64,000 nucleotides of DNA from a virus. A program made the translations under genes and the position numbers. The notes below the pieces were generated by a model. The model was given only the letters and a program-made list of their open reading frames with translations, was not told where the DNA came from and ran no database searches. The DNA lies in IMG/VR virus record IMGVR_UViG_3300012153_000001, positions 1-64,000 of that record; one strand, 5' to 3'. Positions 8,126 to 16,767 of the stretch are shown one piece after another (positions within the stretch are counted from its first letter, which is position 1; each line of letters opens with the position of its first letter).

Positions 8126-8644
8126 ATGACAAAACCAACACCAGAACATATCCGTAAAGAAGCTTTATCAGAAATTCAAAATTATCCTTACGGAATAAAA
8201 CAGTCGGACTTTTGGGTTGTCATGGGGCAGATGTTTATAGACAAAGGATACGAGGTAGGGGATTCCACCATTAAAAACGCGTTGTGGAGACTCGACCAGC
8301 AACATCCCGAAGCGGTAGTTAAAGTCCGCAAATCCGCTAAAGAGGTAGTTCTTTATCCCGCCAGAGAGTCGGAAAGCATTAAGAAAAGCAATGAGATCGC
8401 AGTCGAAGAAGCGGAAGCAGTAATCGATGAGGTCGCAATAACACTTTCCACATTGTGGGTAGAGTTTGAGAAGTGGCACTTCTCTGCTGTAATTGAAGAA
8501 GTGTATACACAATTTATGAAAGACTTTAAAGAGCCTTCGGATGTAGAAGCTTTAATAAACTTAAAAATAGGGATGGATTTGATTAGTAAGAGCCATTCTC
8601 ACTTTAAGAGCAGACACCAGGACAACAAGGAGGTTAAGGAGTAG
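8126..8644 (+). CDS. Hypothetical protein (AT-richer, own promoter)
   Basis: SD CGGAGGTAA. Inserted between the helicase and primase genes. Confidence 0.65.
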   Translation: MTKPTPEHIRKEALSEIQNYPYGIKQSDFWVVMGQMFIDKGYEVGDSTIKNALWRLDQQHPEAVVKVRKSAKEVVLYPARESESIKKSNEIAVEEAEAVIDEVAITLSTLWVEFEKWHFSAVIEEVYTQFMKDFKEPSDVEALINLKIGMDLISKSHSHFKSRHQDNKEVKE

Positions 8645-9633
8645 TGAAGACTAACATAAACGTTGACACGTTCCTTGCCGCAATCGACGCGCACGACTGG
8701 CGTAACGTACAACCGAATACTCGCGGTCGGTTAAACGCTTCATCTCCGTTTGGTAACCGAGTAGATAAGACGCCGTCATTCAGCGTAATTATCGATCCGG
8801 ATTCGTCGGACTTCGGTTGCTGGCGTGATTCAGGCGCAAACGATCCGGAATGGGCTCGCGGAGGTCCCGTTAAACTCTACGCTTTCTTACGCAACATAAC
8901 GTATGAAGAGGCGCGCGAAGAATTGATAAGCGGAGATGTAACCGAAGACGGTCCGCCTAAGCTACGGATCAAACTCGTACCACCCGGACCGCCACCTAAG
9001 CCGCAGCCGATCGATGTGAGCGCGTATAAGTCCGTCGCGGTTCCGTATCTTACTGGACGCGGAATAGATCCGGAAGTACAGCGCATGTTCGATTGCGGCT
9101 ATGACAGCGGGAAGAGTGCGGTGGTCATGCCGTGGCACGATCCGGACGGTACGATTATCAACGCAAAGTGGCGGGCAACTTGGTCGAAGGTCTTCTTTTA
9201 CGCTAAGGGCGGCGCGCCTGTCCGTAACATGATATACGGGATACACCTCGTTTATGCGCGGAAGATTGCGCGAGTTGTCATAGTCGAATCCGAAACCGAC
9301 GCGTTATATCTGTGGAGCTGCGGTATACCTGCGATAGCTGTCGGCGGATCTACGTTTACAGATAACCAGGCGGAGATGCTGCGGATGTCTCCGGTGACTG
9401 CGCTTGTGATCGGGACGGATAATGACGCGGCGGGCGAGAAACTTCGCGAAGAGGTTGCGGATAAGATACGCGGATATTGCGAGTTATATGATGCGAGATG
9501 GCCGGATGGCGCGAAGGATGCGAACGATGTTGGCGACGAGATGACGGTGAGGAATACGGTTGCTGGCGCTGTTAGGAGAAATATTTTCAACATAGCGCAA
9601 CATAGTATTGCCGCATATCGTCGAATAATGTAA
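8644..9633 (+). CDS. DnaG-like primase (Toprim) with degenerate zinc-finger region
   Basis: Toprim motifs VIVESETDALYLW and VIGTDNDAAGEKLR. The N-terminus SSPFGNRVDKTPSFSV...FGCWRDSG resembles the CHC2 finger but lacks most ligands. Confidence 0.75.
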   Translation: MKTNINVDTFLAAIDAHDWRNVQPNTRGRLNASSPFGNRVDKTPSFSVIIDPDSSDFGCWRDSGANDPEWARGGPVKLYAFLRNITYEEAREELISGDVTEDGPPKLRIKLVPPGPPPKPQPIDVSAYKSVAVPYLTGRGIDPEVQRMFDCGYDSGKSAVVMPWHDPDGTIINAKWRATWSKVFFYAKGGAPVRNMIYGIHLVYARKIARVVIVESETDALYLWSCGIPAIAVGGSTFTDNQAEMLRMSPVTALVIGTDNDAAGEKLREEVADKIRGYCELYDARWPDGAKDANDVGDEMTVRNTVAGAVRRNIFNIAQHSIAAYRRIM

Positions 9634-9680
9634 TATTAGGCAGTACACAAACCTGTGTACTATTCGTCGGTACAAGCGAA

Positions 9681-9932
9681 TTAATCGCCTGCAGCCTCTT
9701 CGGGAGATCGCGCAACTCTCTTCATTTCGTACAGCTCATATGGGGAATCAAGGTTAAGTGCTTCCGCTATGGTGCGTAGGGTTCCCAGACCCATTACACC
9801 AACGATGTGCTGACGATTAATATAGTTGTTGATCTGTTGCTTACTTATACCAGTAAGCTCAGCCAACTTGACTTGCGTCATCCTTTTGGATTTAAGTATC
9901 TCCCGAAGTCGGCACTTACCGACTTCATACAT
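9681..9932 (-). CDS. Xre-family HTH transcriptional regulator
   Basis: Track ORF 9681-9989. The internal ATG (MYEVGK...) follows GGAGGG. MTQVKLAELTGISKQQINNYINRQ is a classic HTH_3 motif. Confidence 0.8.
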   Translation of the reverse strand: MYEVGKCRLREILKSKRMTQVKLAELTGISKQQINNYINRQHIVGVMGLGTLRTIAEALNLDSPYELYEMKRVARSPEEAAGD

Positions 9933-9974
9933 AAAACCCTCCAACAACAAGATTAAAAAAAAGATTTCAGAACG

Positions 9975-10010
9975 ATGTCCCAATATCAAAGATTCGTGTC
10001 CTTATATACT
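9975..10010 (+). promoter_or_regulatory. Copy 2 of the 36-bp element
   Basis: ATGTCCCAATATCAAAGATTCGTGTCCTTATATACT lies in the divergent Xre/sigma intergenic region. Confidence 0.6.
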
Positions 10011-10036
10011 ATGTAACCAAAACAAGGAGCTGATAA

Positions 10037-10627
10037 ATGGTGAATAAACAACAACTGAATATCTTAGCCATGAGTGCTAAGAATGGTGACTCGGATGCAA
10101 TGTGGGGAGTGAAGTATCACTTTCAGGAAACGATTCACCGGATGTCGGAATACAACCGTAACCGACTGAACCAAGCTGATTTTGAAGACGAGTGTTTCAA
10201 GATCATTGAAGATACGGTAATGAGGTTTGAAGCCGATAAAGGCGACTTACCACAATTAGTCATCAACTTCATTAAGCGCAGGTTAGGTCGATCTACAAAA
10301 CGTTACAGTAAGAAGACAAAAGCGGATGAGTACGTTACGGTACCGATGGTACATAACGAAAACACCGACGGATTCACGGAGTTCGAAATACAAGACGATT
10401 TGGCGATCGTCGACAAGGATTTAATGTATAACGAAAGAATCACCGGCTTGGCGGCCGGCGACTCGAAGAAATTGGCGATCTTGAAAGCTTGGTCTGAACC
10501 AGGGCATAGCGTCACTGCAACCGCAAAGGAGTTGGCGCTCCTATTCGGTGGTAAAGCAGAATCGCACCGCAAGTCCATCGCAAGATTCAGATCAGAATGT
10601 GAGAAAGCACTGGCGTGTGCAGTCTAA
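10037..10627 (+). CDS. Sigma-70 family (ECF-size) sigma factor-like protein
   Basis: SD AAGGAG. Region-2-like AKNGDSDAMWGVKYHFQETI...FEDECFKIIEDTVMRFE...FIKRRL. C-terminal region-4-like HTH SVTATAKELALLFGGKAESHRKSIARFRSE. Confidence 0.55.
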   Translation: MVNKQQLNILAMSAKNGDSDAMWGVKYHFQETIHRMSEYNRNRLNQADFEDECFKIIEDTVMRFEADKGDLPQLVINFIKRRLGRSTKRYSKKTKADEYVTVPMVHNENTDGFTEFEIQDDLAIVDKDLMYNERITGLAAGDSKKLAILKAWSEPGHSVTATAKELALLFGGKAESHRKSIARFRSECEKALACAV

Positions 10628-10739
10628 CATAAACGCGGTCGGAGTTTCAGGCAAGAAGCCCGACCTTGTTCGTAAAGAGTATATCACACTTTCTTAACAA
10701 TTAAACAATACGAAATAGATATGTATGTTGTAAATCTTT

Positions 10740-10774
10740 GGTAACAATGTTCAATCCACAATTAGCATGTTACC
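10740..10774. promoter_or_regulatory. Inverted repeat in an AT-rich intergenic region
   Basis: GGTAACA(A)TG...CATGTTACC, followed by TTGATAACGC/TTGTCAACGC direct repeats just upstream of the 10823 operon. Confidence 0.35.
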
Positions 10775-10822
10775 ACGGTTGATAACGCTTGTCAACGCTA
10801 TCTAACTATATTATACCCGGAG

Positions 10823-11017
10823 GTGGCCGCCTTGAAACGCGCCCTTGCTAAAAATATACGTTCGTCTAACACGGAAGTTTCACGTTTTCATAACGAAATT
10901 TTACCTCAGTCCCGCCGCTACCCTGACGTTTGGTACAACGGTGCAGTCGCAGAGTACGAAGACTCCGCGGACTATATCGAAGCACTCACTTTGCGGAGAG
11001 GCCGGGTGATTGCGTGA
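10823..11017 (+). CDS. Hypothetical protein
   Basis: Track start GTG 10823 overlaps the SD GGAGG. TTG 10832 (8-nt spacing) is the more likely start. Confidence 0.55.
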   Translation: MAALKRALAKNIRSSNTEVSRFHNEILPQSRRYPDVWYNGAVAEYEDSADYIEALTLRRGRVIA

Positions 11018-11550
11018 AAACTCCGCTCAGATGGTCCGCAACTTCACACGCAATTAAGCGCGCTCGGGAACGGTTTAATGTCCGCGGCAGTGACGTACAA
11101 ATCACCGAATGGCTTGCGCAGAAGTTAGATGCCGCGTCGTTTATCGGATGTATTCCGGATGACTCCGGCAAGATGCGCCGCGCATTTACGTCAGGTAAAG
11201 TCGTCATCTTCGTCGCCATTGCGGATAACGCGGTGATCACCGTAAGAGAGGCGAGCGTCCAAAAAGAGTGGCGCGGAGTCATCGAAAGGTTGGCGGATAA
11301 GGAATTGCGCAAGCACAAGCGGAGGGCCCTCGCAGAAGAACGCAAGCTCCTCGAATTGAGAACGCAGATGGAAACGGAAGTATGCGGATTGCGGTCGGCG
11401 GCCCTCAGCGCCAGATCAGACGCTAAGCGTAACGCATGCCATGCGAGAGTTAACGCATTAACTATGCGGATAACAGAGGTGGAGCGCGATATAAACCGCG
11501 TCAGACGCGACGTTTTAAAGGCGGCCGAGAGTTATGCCGCGGTAATTTAA
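11014..11550 (+). CDS. Hypothetical protein with C-terminal coiled coil
   Basis: GTG overlaps the upstream stop (GTGA). The upstream part of track ORF 10930-11550 overlaps the previous gene. Confidence 0.6.
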   Translation: MKTPLRWSATSHAIKRARERFNVRGSDVQITEWLAQKLDAASFIGCIPDDSGKMRRAFTSGKVVIFVAIADNAVITVREASVQKEWRGVIERLADKELRKHKRRALAEERKLLELRTQMETEVCGLRSAALSARSDAKRNACHARVNALTMRITEVERDINRVRRDVLKAAESYAAVI

Positions 11551-11781
11551 ACCGTGTCATTACCTATTAAATAGCGTACCAAGTCGGCCCTGCGTCGGCT
11601 GCGCGGTATTAACTGTGTAAACATCCGGTTAGTGCCGTGCAGCGGGCGTGGGACTTGTGGAACAGGAGCGGACAATGATCCGCTTAGCACAAGCGAAGAG
11701 TAAGCCGCGAACGATACGGAGTGCACACGTATCCAGTAGCGCAATCCCCGTCCGAAATAAACCGAAAAGGAACGTGATTGA

Positions 11782-12576
11782 ATGTCGATGTTTACGAAAA
11801 AAGGTGCCGCCGCTGTTGCTAATGCTCAAGCTGATAAGGATACGCCAAACTCCGCCCTTGTTCCGTTCACATCCGGAACAACGTACAAAGTCCGCGTTAA
11901 ATCTGTTGAGGACTCCGTTGAGTACTACGGCTTCGGAATGTTCGGTAAGGTCAATACGTTTGTACCGGAGAATCCCGCTACTCGTAACGATAAAGGCTAC
12001 GTAACAGCGAACCCTTCAGTATGGGACCGCGCGGCTGACTTGCTCTACGCTGATGCGAAGAAAGCGAAAGACGGCGGGGATGAGGCAGGAGCGGAGGAAA
12101 TCCGTAAGCAAGCGTACTTGTACAAAGGGAAACCGAAGTACCTCGTTGCTTTCGGTAACCTGGAAGATGGCGCGGATATCGTTATCGACTTGACGCCGAA
12201 GCAAGCGGCCGGAGTATTCGCGGCAATCAAGAAGTACGAGAAGAAACTCGATCGCCTCGCGTTTGAGATTTCGAAGACCGGATCATCTACGAACACCGTC
12301 GTAAGCTTGTCGCCGATCCTCGATATGGACGAAGACCTGACGGAGAAAGAACGCGCTAACTTCGATAAAGCTGGCGAAAATCCGTTCGATTTCGAAACGT
12401 TTGAAACGTGCCTTTATGTCGCGAAGGAGGATGAGCAGGTTAAGAACCTCGTAATCGCGGGCTTTGACATCGGACGACTCGGACTCTCGATTGGTGCCAA
12501 CTCGGGAAACAACGCGCCAGCTCCATCCGATAATGACGCGCCTATCGATATCTCTGACGAAGATTTACCGTTCTAA
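11782..12576 (+). CDS. Putative single-stranded DNA-binding protein
   Basis: The acidic C-terminal tail ...PIDISDEDLPF resembles the SSB DDDIPF tip. Located in the replication module. The fold was not verified. Confidence 0.45.
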   Translation: MSMFTKKGAAAVANAQADKDTPNSALVPFTSGTTYKVRVKSVEDSVEYYGFGMFGKVNTFVPENPATRNDKGYVTANPSVWDRAADLLYADAKKAKDGGDEAGAEEIRKQAYLYKGKPKYLVAFGNLEDGADIVIDLTPKQAAGVFAAIKKYEKKLDRLAFEISKTGSSTNTVVSLSPILDMDEDLTEKERANFDKAGENPFDFETFETCLYVAKEDEQVKNLVIAGFDIGRLGLSIGANSGNNAPAPSDNDAPIDISDEDLPF

Positions 12577-12612
12577 TACGCAATTTACACGCTCGCAAAA
12601 TAACGAAGAGGA

Positions 12613-13035
12613 GTGATTTATATCGCACATGTTTCAGAAAGAGTCGGAAAGTATTCGGAGCTGGCGGCGCGTCTTGCGCTGCTCGCTAACGGATGGACCG
12701 TACACAAGGCGGAGACGGACGAAGCGTACGATATCCTGGCGTGCGATCCATTATCGGGCGACTACGCTAAGATTCAGGTGAAGACGGTCAGACAGCGGAT
12801 GGACCGCGGCGGCGACCTCGTAGTTTATGCGCGGAAAGGGAACGGAACAACGTACGACTTATCCGACGCTGATCTAATAATTGGCGTCTGGGCGCAAGAT
12901 GGCGAAATGCCGCGCGTATTTATGTTCGAGAACCGATTATGCGGAGAGTACTGGGCGCGGGAAGCAAGCGCGAGTGAGCGTTGGGTTGAGCTCTCGTTAG
13001 CGTTGAACCGCGGATTAGTAACAGCGGCGGCCTAA
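12613..13035 (+). CDS. PD-(D/E)XK nuclease-like protein (Hjc/resolvase-like)
   Basis: E-x-YDILA...KIQVKT motif. The track start GTG 12613 overlaps the SD GAGGAG; ATC 12622 has ideal 8-nt spacing. Confidence 0.55.
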   Translation: MIYIAHVSERVGKYSELAARLALLANGWTVHKAETDEAYDILACDPLSGDYAKIQVKTVRQRMDRGGDLVVYARKGNGTTYDLSDADLIIGVWAQDGEMPRVFMFENRLCGEYWAREASASERWVELSLALNRGLVTAAA

Positions 13036-13109
13036 CGTAAGTAAACGGAGCAAGCGTAGTATTGGGCGGAGGTCCCAACGGACAGCCCACGAAAAGGGGA
13101 AACTCATTA

Positions 13110-14561
13110 ATGGCGAAACTTAACGTGGTAATTCCGGCAGTAGAGGTAACGGTGGATGGCGTGACTTATCGCAAGGTTGACCGCAAGGCGCAAGCGGGTG
13201 ATATCGTTAAGGCGCTAAATAATGGTGACGACATCGATATGGGCGCATTCTACGCGGTGTACGTAAGCTCAGACCGTGAACTCGTGTTTGCGGATGATAA
13301 CGGTGATGAGAGAGCGTATCAACTCAGAGAGAACTCGGATAAGTACGAAGTCTACGCGCCAATCTCCGAACCAGCCGCGGACACTATCACGTTCGAAGGC
13401 GCAACATGGCGCAAAGTCGACCGCGATGTCCGCGAAGGCGATGCGATTAAGTTTACGGGTAAGGGACGCCGCAGCTACTTGACTGGTGCGGAGCTGTACG
13501 TTGTTGACCGCGTAGATTCGTGCGACGATCCGCAAATTACGGATGACGACGGAGATGATTACGACGCGGGCAGCGCTGATTACGAAGTCTACGAGAAGGT
13601 TGCGGAAGAGAAGACGCAAGTCACTACACCTCAGTATCGCGAGGTTAAGCGGAAAGCTGACGTAGGTGAGCGGATTAAGATCGTCGATAGGCTCGTATGG
13701 GAGACACGTTATGCGAACGGAGATACCTTCGTTGTAGCAGAGGACGCGGCTGGTGGTGACGTCGTTATTAGAACGGAGAATTTCCCGAGAGTATGCGTAG
13801 TTTATTCCGAATACGTCGTACTCGAACCGGTAACCGCGGAGCCTGCGAAGAAAGCGGAGCCAGAACGCCTGGCCGTCGGAGATTATGCGCGGGTTGTTGA
13901 CGGAGAGAAAATAAACTCGGGAGCTCGCGTTGGAGACATCGTTGAGATACTCGTAGATGATAAGAGCACGGTGCCGTATAAAGTACGTACAATTAGCGGC
14001 TATAGGGTCGGAGACGAAAACTGGGCGCTTCCTTCCGCATTTGTCCGCGCAACAGACGAAGAGGTGGCGGCCGCTAAAGATCCGCGCAGTAAATTCGAGA
14101 TCGGAGACTACGTAAAGGTTGCGGTCGAATACTGCGAGCATAAGGTAGGCGACGTATTGAAGATTACGAACACAGCCAGCAGACACGATTTCTACGTAAC
14201 TAACGTGGCTACTAATCGTCTTGGGTGCATCGACGCAGACAAACTCGTTAAACTCACCGCAGCCGAAATCGCGGAGATCGAACGCAAGCAAGCGGAAGAA
14301 GCCGCTAAACGCGCTGAGGAAGCCCGCTGGAACGCGATCGGCCGTAAGGTGAACGAGTATAAACGCGGAGATTTGGTAAAGGTACTCGGAACTCTCGGCG
14401 GAGAAACCGAAGTAGGCGACATCGTGGAGGTATACGAAGGAGACGGAACTGACTCACCGATGATTTACGGTAATGATGGTTCAACATACTACGCCACGGT
14501 TGAGCTAATCGTTCCGGTAGAGCAACGTTTCGACCGCGTAGAGGAGGTGGACGCCGCATAA
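13110..14561 (+). CDS. Repeat protein, paralog 1 (three Y/W-R-K-V-D-R-K...GD-IK modules plus further xVGDxV repeats)
   Basis: ATG 13110 follows AAAGGGGA. Modules VTYRKVDRKAQAGDIVK, ATWRKVDRDVREGDAIK and PQYREVKRKADVGERIKIV...EYVVLEP. Confidence 0.7.
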   Translation: MAKLNVVIPAVEVTVDGVTYRKVDRKAQAGDIVKALNNGDDIDMGAFYAVYVSSDRELVFADDNGDERAYQLRENSDKYEVYAPISEPAADTITFEGATWRKVDRDVREGDAIKFTGKGRRSYLTGAELYVVDRVDSCDDPQITDDDGDDYDAGSADYEVYEKVAEEKTQVTTPQYREVKRKADVGERIKIVDRLVWETRYANGDTFVVAEDAAGGDVVIRTENFPRVCVVYSEYVVLEPVTAEPAKKAEPERLAVGDYARVVDGEKINSGARVGDIVEILVDDKSTVPYKVRTISGYRVGDENWALPSAFVRATDEEVAAAKDPRSKFEIGDYVKVAVEYCEHKVGDVLKITNTASRHDFYVTNVATNRLGCIDADKLVKLTAAEIAEIERKQAEEAAKRAEEARWNAIGRKVNEYKRGDLVKVLGTLGGETEVGDIVEVYEGDGTDSPMIYGNDGSTYYATVELIVPVEQRFDRVEEVDAA

Positions 14562-14570
14562 GCGCTAACC

Positions 14571-16433
14571 GTGCGGACTACAACGAAAGGAGTGAGCGCT
14601 ATATCACCGAAACTAACGCTAAACTTACGGCCGCCAGCGGATGACGAAGCGGCGGAACGGGTGGCAGACGCAGCTAAACGGAAGAAGGCGGCGCAGGAGA
14701 CGGACGAAGAGGCGATCGACCGCGTACTGCGGATGTCATTAACGGATAAGCAACGCGAGGCAATCGAAGGCTTACGGCAGGTATACGGATCGGGCGAAAC
14801 AGGCAATCGTCCGACTCTCCGTACCTCTGGCGGCCAAGTAACGAAAGAAGACGTAATCCGCGCGGCTGAACAACTGCAACGACAAAGGCAGACGGATCAG
14901 CGCGCGGAGAAAGTTGCGGAGACATTGCGGTCAAAGCCGGATAATTTCCACATCGTAACGGATGACGCGGAGTTACCTGCGTTCGTCGAGCGTATTCGCG
15001 AAGAGTGTCGGCGCCAAATGGCGGAGTGGCCGGATAGGTGGGCGATACTTGGCGTAAAATCGCTGACCGCGAATGACTTCGAGGGAACCGGAGTAGACAC
15101 GTACATTGACGTATCAATCGGATATTCCGTATGGCTTCCGTTACTGGACGAAGGGTACTACCTTCCGTATGGGCACGTTGACATGCGCGGAGAATCGGGC
15201 TTCGACTTCCTGGACGATATGAGCGCACATAAATCAACCGACCGCCAGCTCACGCGTTCAAAAGTTCTCGCGGCAATCACGCCTTATCTATCGCAACCAG
15301 CGCATGGCAAATCGTTTCATATGGGATCTGCGCGCTATGACTTACACGTTGCGATTAAAGACGGCTACGAGATTCACGGCTGCGTATGGGATTCGCTGGA
15401 CGCGATGAACTCGTTAAATGAGCACGAGGAGTACTTCGGTCTCAAACCGTTAACCGCTAAATACGGACGTTACTTCGGAATTGACGGTCCGGTCTATACG
15501 TTTGAAGACATGTTTGGAAACCGTTCGCCAGCTCCGTTCAGCATCGAACTCGTCGGAATCTACGCGATCAAGGACGTACTGTACGGTTGGCGCCTTACGG
15601 AATGGCAATTCGAACAGATGCGCGTTACGCCGTCCGCAGAGAAGCCGGGCAAGCTTCTCGAATGTTATGCGCAAATTGACTCGAAGCTTCCGGAGACAGA
15701 CGTATTCTTGGCGCGGTCCGGCTTCTGCGTTGATATTGACGGACTCGCCGCGTTAGAAACCGAGTTCGAACCGCTACTTGAGAAGGCTCGTGCTGACGTA
15801 TTCGAAGCGTACGAAATTGACGACGCGTTTGTACGTAAGATGGACCGCACGATCAACGCGGCTAAGGTTACGGACTGGATCGATAAGCAACGTAAGAGGA
15901 TCGCACGGAATGCGGAAGCTCAGGAGAAACAACTCGCGATAATCTCGGAATGTAAAGCCGCAGGGAAAACGCAGCTCAAGAAATATACGAACGCGGTCGA
16001 AAGGCTTGCGCAATTGAAGGCGGAGAATTTAGCGCCAGCCGACGAAGAGCACGCGCCACTTAACGTAACGGAGTTTTCGATAACGAACGGGAATCACCTT
16101 GCGTATCTGATTTACGATCACCTCGGAATACGCGACCGCACCGGACAGTTCAAGCGCGGCAAGAACCGCAGTACGGCTGCTGACGTCATGGAGGCGTATT
16201 ACGAAGAGGAAGAAGCGCTCAAGCCGTTGGCGACCGTGGCTGCGTACGAGAAGCTGCTAACAACGTATATCCAACCGATGTTAGGGAGCGCGGGCAAATC
16301 GTCCATTATCGAAGTGGATGGGCGCGTACACTCGGAGTTCAAAGCGGGAGGGACCGCAACAGGGCGGTACAGTTCGTCAGGATACAGCGGAAGACCGATC
16401 GATATATTACGCGAATTTGAAACGGAGGAATGA
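14571..16433 (+). CDS. Family-A DNA polymerase, N-terminal piece (3'-5' exo domain plus start of pol domain)
   Basis: Exo motifs NDFEGTG, YDLHV, YAIKD. Ends ...GRVHSEFKAGGTATGRYSSS+17 aa, right after the TGRLSS-equivalent motif. The start is uncertain (GTG 14571 has no SD; ATA 14601 follows AAAGGAG). Confidence 0.8.
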   Translation: MRTTTKGVSAISPKLTLNLRPPADDEAAERVADAAKRKKAAQETDEEAIDRVLRMSLTDKQREAIEGLRQVYGSGETGNRPTLRTSGGQVTKEDVIRAAEQLQRQRQTDQRAEKVAETLRSKPDNFHIVTDDAELPAFVERIREECRRQMAEWPDRWAILGVKSLTANDFEGTGVDTYIDVSIGYSVWLPLLDEGYYLPYGHVDMRGESGFDFLDDMSAHKSTDRQLTRSKVLAAITPYLSQPAHGKSFHMGSARYDLHVAIKDGYEIHGCVWDSLDAMNSLNEHEEYFGLKPLTAKYGRYFGIDGPVYTFEDMFGNRSPAPFSIELVGIYAIKDVLYGWRLTEWQFEQMRVTPSAEKPGKLLECYAQIDSKLPETDVFLARSGFCVDIDGLAALETEFEPLLEKARADVFEAYEIDDAFVRKMDRTINAAKVTDWIDKQRKRIARNAEAQEKQLAIISECKAAGKTQLKKYTNAVERLAQLKAENLAPADEEHAPLNVTEFSITNGNHLAYLIYDHLGIRDRTGQFKRGKNRSTAADVMEAYYEEEEALKPLATVAAYEKLLTTYIQPMLGSAGKSSIIEVDGRVHSEFKAGGTATGRYSSSGYSGRPIDILREFETEE

Positions 16434-16437
16434 GTAG

Positions 16438-16767
16438 ATGACTAAATATCTTTTGCCTCTCATTGACGGTGGTATCGTGAAAATTGAGACTGATTCGGAG
16501 TACTCGCCAGGCTGCGAGACGTGTGACTACGGAAGTTTATATATAAACGATTTCAACGTTCTATTGAGTACTGGAAATATATACGTCAGAGCAGAAAATA
16601 TGTACGAGTACGCATTGTCCGAGGGCTACTTAATGGAGCTCATTCTTCCGAATACAGACCTTATTAAAGGGATGACAGAGCGTGGGTTCTTTGAGTGGGT
16701 TGAGGAGAGCCTGCGAGGTAAGTTTGGAAGTCTAATCGATATTTGCGAGTTCAACGCTAATGCCTAA
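16438..16767 (+). CDS. Unknown 109-aa protein inserted within the split polA
   Basis: Strong SD ACGGAGGA 8 nt before the ATG. Visibly AT-richer than its flanks. No homing-endonuclease motif recognised. Confidence 0.7.
   Translation: MTKYLLPLIDGGIVKIETDSEYSPGCETCDYGSLYINDFNVLLSTGNIYVRAENMYEYALSEGYLMELILPNTDLIKGMTERGFFEWVEESLRGKFGSLIDICEFNANA

Noticed and set aside
11629-12004. ORFs of 65-118 aa on both strands in and around the 11551-11781 gap
   Set aside because: No SD sites, Arg/Ser-rich, and overlapping the SSB-like gene start. The region is treated as a structured non-coding leader.
13269-14291. 340-aa ORF on the minus strand
   Set aside because: It lies entirely antisense to the repeat-protein gene 13110-14561. 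It has no SD and a low-complexity Arg/Ser/Val-rich composition. It is a shadow ORF of a long plus-strand gene.
16434-16760. Intein or group I intron as the explanation for the split polA
   Set aside because: For an intein: there are stop codons between the pieces, and no Cys/Ser...HN splice-junction residues. For a group I intron: the ORF fills essentially the whole insert, leaving far too little non-coding RNA for an intron core. Splicing still deserves an experimental check.
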